This document shows, in pieces, positions 62,730-64,000 of a stretch of DNA of 64,000 bases. Under the pieces are notes generated by a model that worked only from the letters and a program-made list of their open reading frames with translations, was not told the DNA's origin and made no database searches. The DNA comes from Nitrosopumilaceae archaeon (lineage in GTDB: Archaea; Thermoproteota; Nitrososphaeria; Nitrososphaerales; Nitrosopumilaceae), in contig OZ242365.1 in the NCBI GenBank assembly GCA_965208905.1, positions 928,001-992,000 on the forward strand, read 5' to 3'. The position numbers and the translations under genes were made by a program. Numbering within the stretch: position 1 is the first letter of the stretch; every line of letters starts with the position of its first letter.

Positions 62730-64000
62730 ATGGAATTTTATGAGCTGTTTAAAAAAGTTAAAGGCTTTTCGCCGTACCCCTGGCAACACAGATTTTATCA
62801 ATCAATAATCGACGGGAAAATTCCGACGTATTTGGACATTCCAACCGGATTAGGCAAAACATCAATAATGCTCATATGGATTATAGCTAAAGCAAAATCG
62901 CTCCAAAACACAAAAATCAGAATTCCGACACGATTGGTGTACATGGTAGATAGACGCGTCATAGTTGATCAAGCTACAGAAGAGGTTAATGACATTATTG
63001 AAAAGACAAAAAATATCCCAGAATTAAAAGACGCGTTAAAAAATTTTAAAGTCAGTAAGATGCGTGGTGGGGGAGGCATGTCGGACAGCAGAGAATGGTT
63101 GTCGCAACCTGAAAATCCGGCAATAATTATAGGGACAATAGATATGATTGGGAGCAGGCTGTTTTTTTCAGGATATGGTGTTAATCACAAATCAAGATCA
63201 TTTCATGCCGGGTTATTGGGTCAGGATTCACTTATAGTGTTAGATGAATCTCACCTGTCACCAGCGATGGTTCGTGCGCTGAAAGATATACGCAACGTCC
63301 AAAGTAAAAAGCTTGAGTTTTTTCCACCAAAAATATTGTTTATGTCTGCAACACAGTCAAATATAGACAGTACTGATAAAATTTTAAAATTAAATGCCGA
63401 GGATTTAAAAGACGAAGAAATAGAAAAAAGATATAATTCAAAAAAAAACATTAGTATAATAAATGTAAAAGATAGAGTGGAGGCTACTATAGAATACTCT
63501 AAAAAAATTCAAGGTAGAATTTTAATTTATCAAAAAAAGCCTAGAGATGTCGAAAAAATCTTTAAAAAATTGGAAACAAATAAACAAAAAGCCATCATGC
63601 TCACTGGAACACTACGGGGATATGAACGAGATAGTTTGGTAGAAAATGAGGTATGGAAGGCGTTTGTATCAAAAGACCACAATAAAGATGAGTCCAAGTT
63701 TTTGGTGTCCACATCTGCAGGAGAGGTAGGAGTGGATTTAGATGCAGATCATATGATTTGTGATATTACTACATTTGATTCCTTTGTTCAAAGGTTAGGA
63801 AGAGTAAATCGGTCAGGGGGGAGGGATTCAAAAGTTTTTGTGCTGTATTCTGATGACGACTTCAAAAAATCAAAAATATTAGAGCAGTTGGAAAAGACGA
63901 GAGATATGTTAAAAAACCTAGCAGCAGACAAAGGATATAATGCAAGCCCTGCCAATCTTGCTAAAATAGATCCTAAAAAAATATACAAAGCATTCTCTCC
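62730..64000 (+). CDS. cas3: type I-G (I-U) Cas3 helicase, 3'-partial; absent from ORF track because no stop in window
   Basis: Hand translation: PYPWQ, DIPTGLGKT, RLVYMVDRRVIVDQ, GTIDMIGSRLFFSGYG, LDESHL, MSAT, TSAGEVGVDLD, QRLGRVNR; helicase-first layout typical of I-G. Confidence 0.93.
   Translation, partial: MEFYELFKKVKGFSPYPWQHRFYQSIIDGKIPTYLDIPTGLGKTSIMLIWIIAKAKSLQNTKIRIPTRLVYMVDRRVIVDQATEEVNDIIEKTKNIPELKDALKNFKVSKMRGGGGMSDSREWLSQPENPAIIIGTIDMIGSRLFFSGYGVNHKSRSFHAGLLGQDSLIVLDESHLSPAMVRALKDIRNVQSKKLEFFPPKILFMSATQSNIDSTDKILKLNAEDLKDEEIEKRYNSKKNISIINVKDRVEATIEYSKKIQGRILIYQKKPRDVEKIFKKLETNKQKAIMLTGTLRGYERDSLVENEVWKAFVSKDHNKDESKFLVSTSAGEVGVDLDADHMICDITTFDSFVQRLGRVNRSGGRDSKVFVLYSDDDFKKSKILEQLEKTRDMLKNLAADKGYNASPANLAKIDPKKIYKAFS

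Overview
Archaeal chromosome segment whose gene set (cdvB/cdvC, TrmB, blue-copper proteins, PEF-CTERM protein, IPxWIK..WW repeat protein, archaeal CobT, rpo10, rps2/4/13) points to an ammonia-oxidising thaumarchaeon (Nitrosopumilaceae-like; inference). Housekeeping blocks (uvrBAC, citrate synthase, pentose-phosphate operon, cysS, eno, glmS, tRNA-Leu) are interleaved with mobile DNA: an IS481, an IS630 nested in an IS6-like relic, an IS66-like fragment, a 210-bp MITE and an MNT-HEPN pair. The right 13 kb holds a type I-G (I-U) CRISPR-Cas locus: cas4-cas1 fusion, cas2, about 128 repeats, and cas3 running off the window. The most unusual observation is two unrelated-looking TnpB/Cas12f-like genes with intact RuvC motifs, each enclosed by the same family of 23-bp terminal inverted repeats (GGTTCCTCCCGCAA..GGGTG). 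One has an 8-bp target duplication, both share an 11-bp promoter-region motif and a similar upstream flank, and neither encodes a transposase. This suggests TnpB carried by TIR/DDE-type elements rather than IS200/605 or IS607. All coordinates and counts were read by eye; no database search was run.
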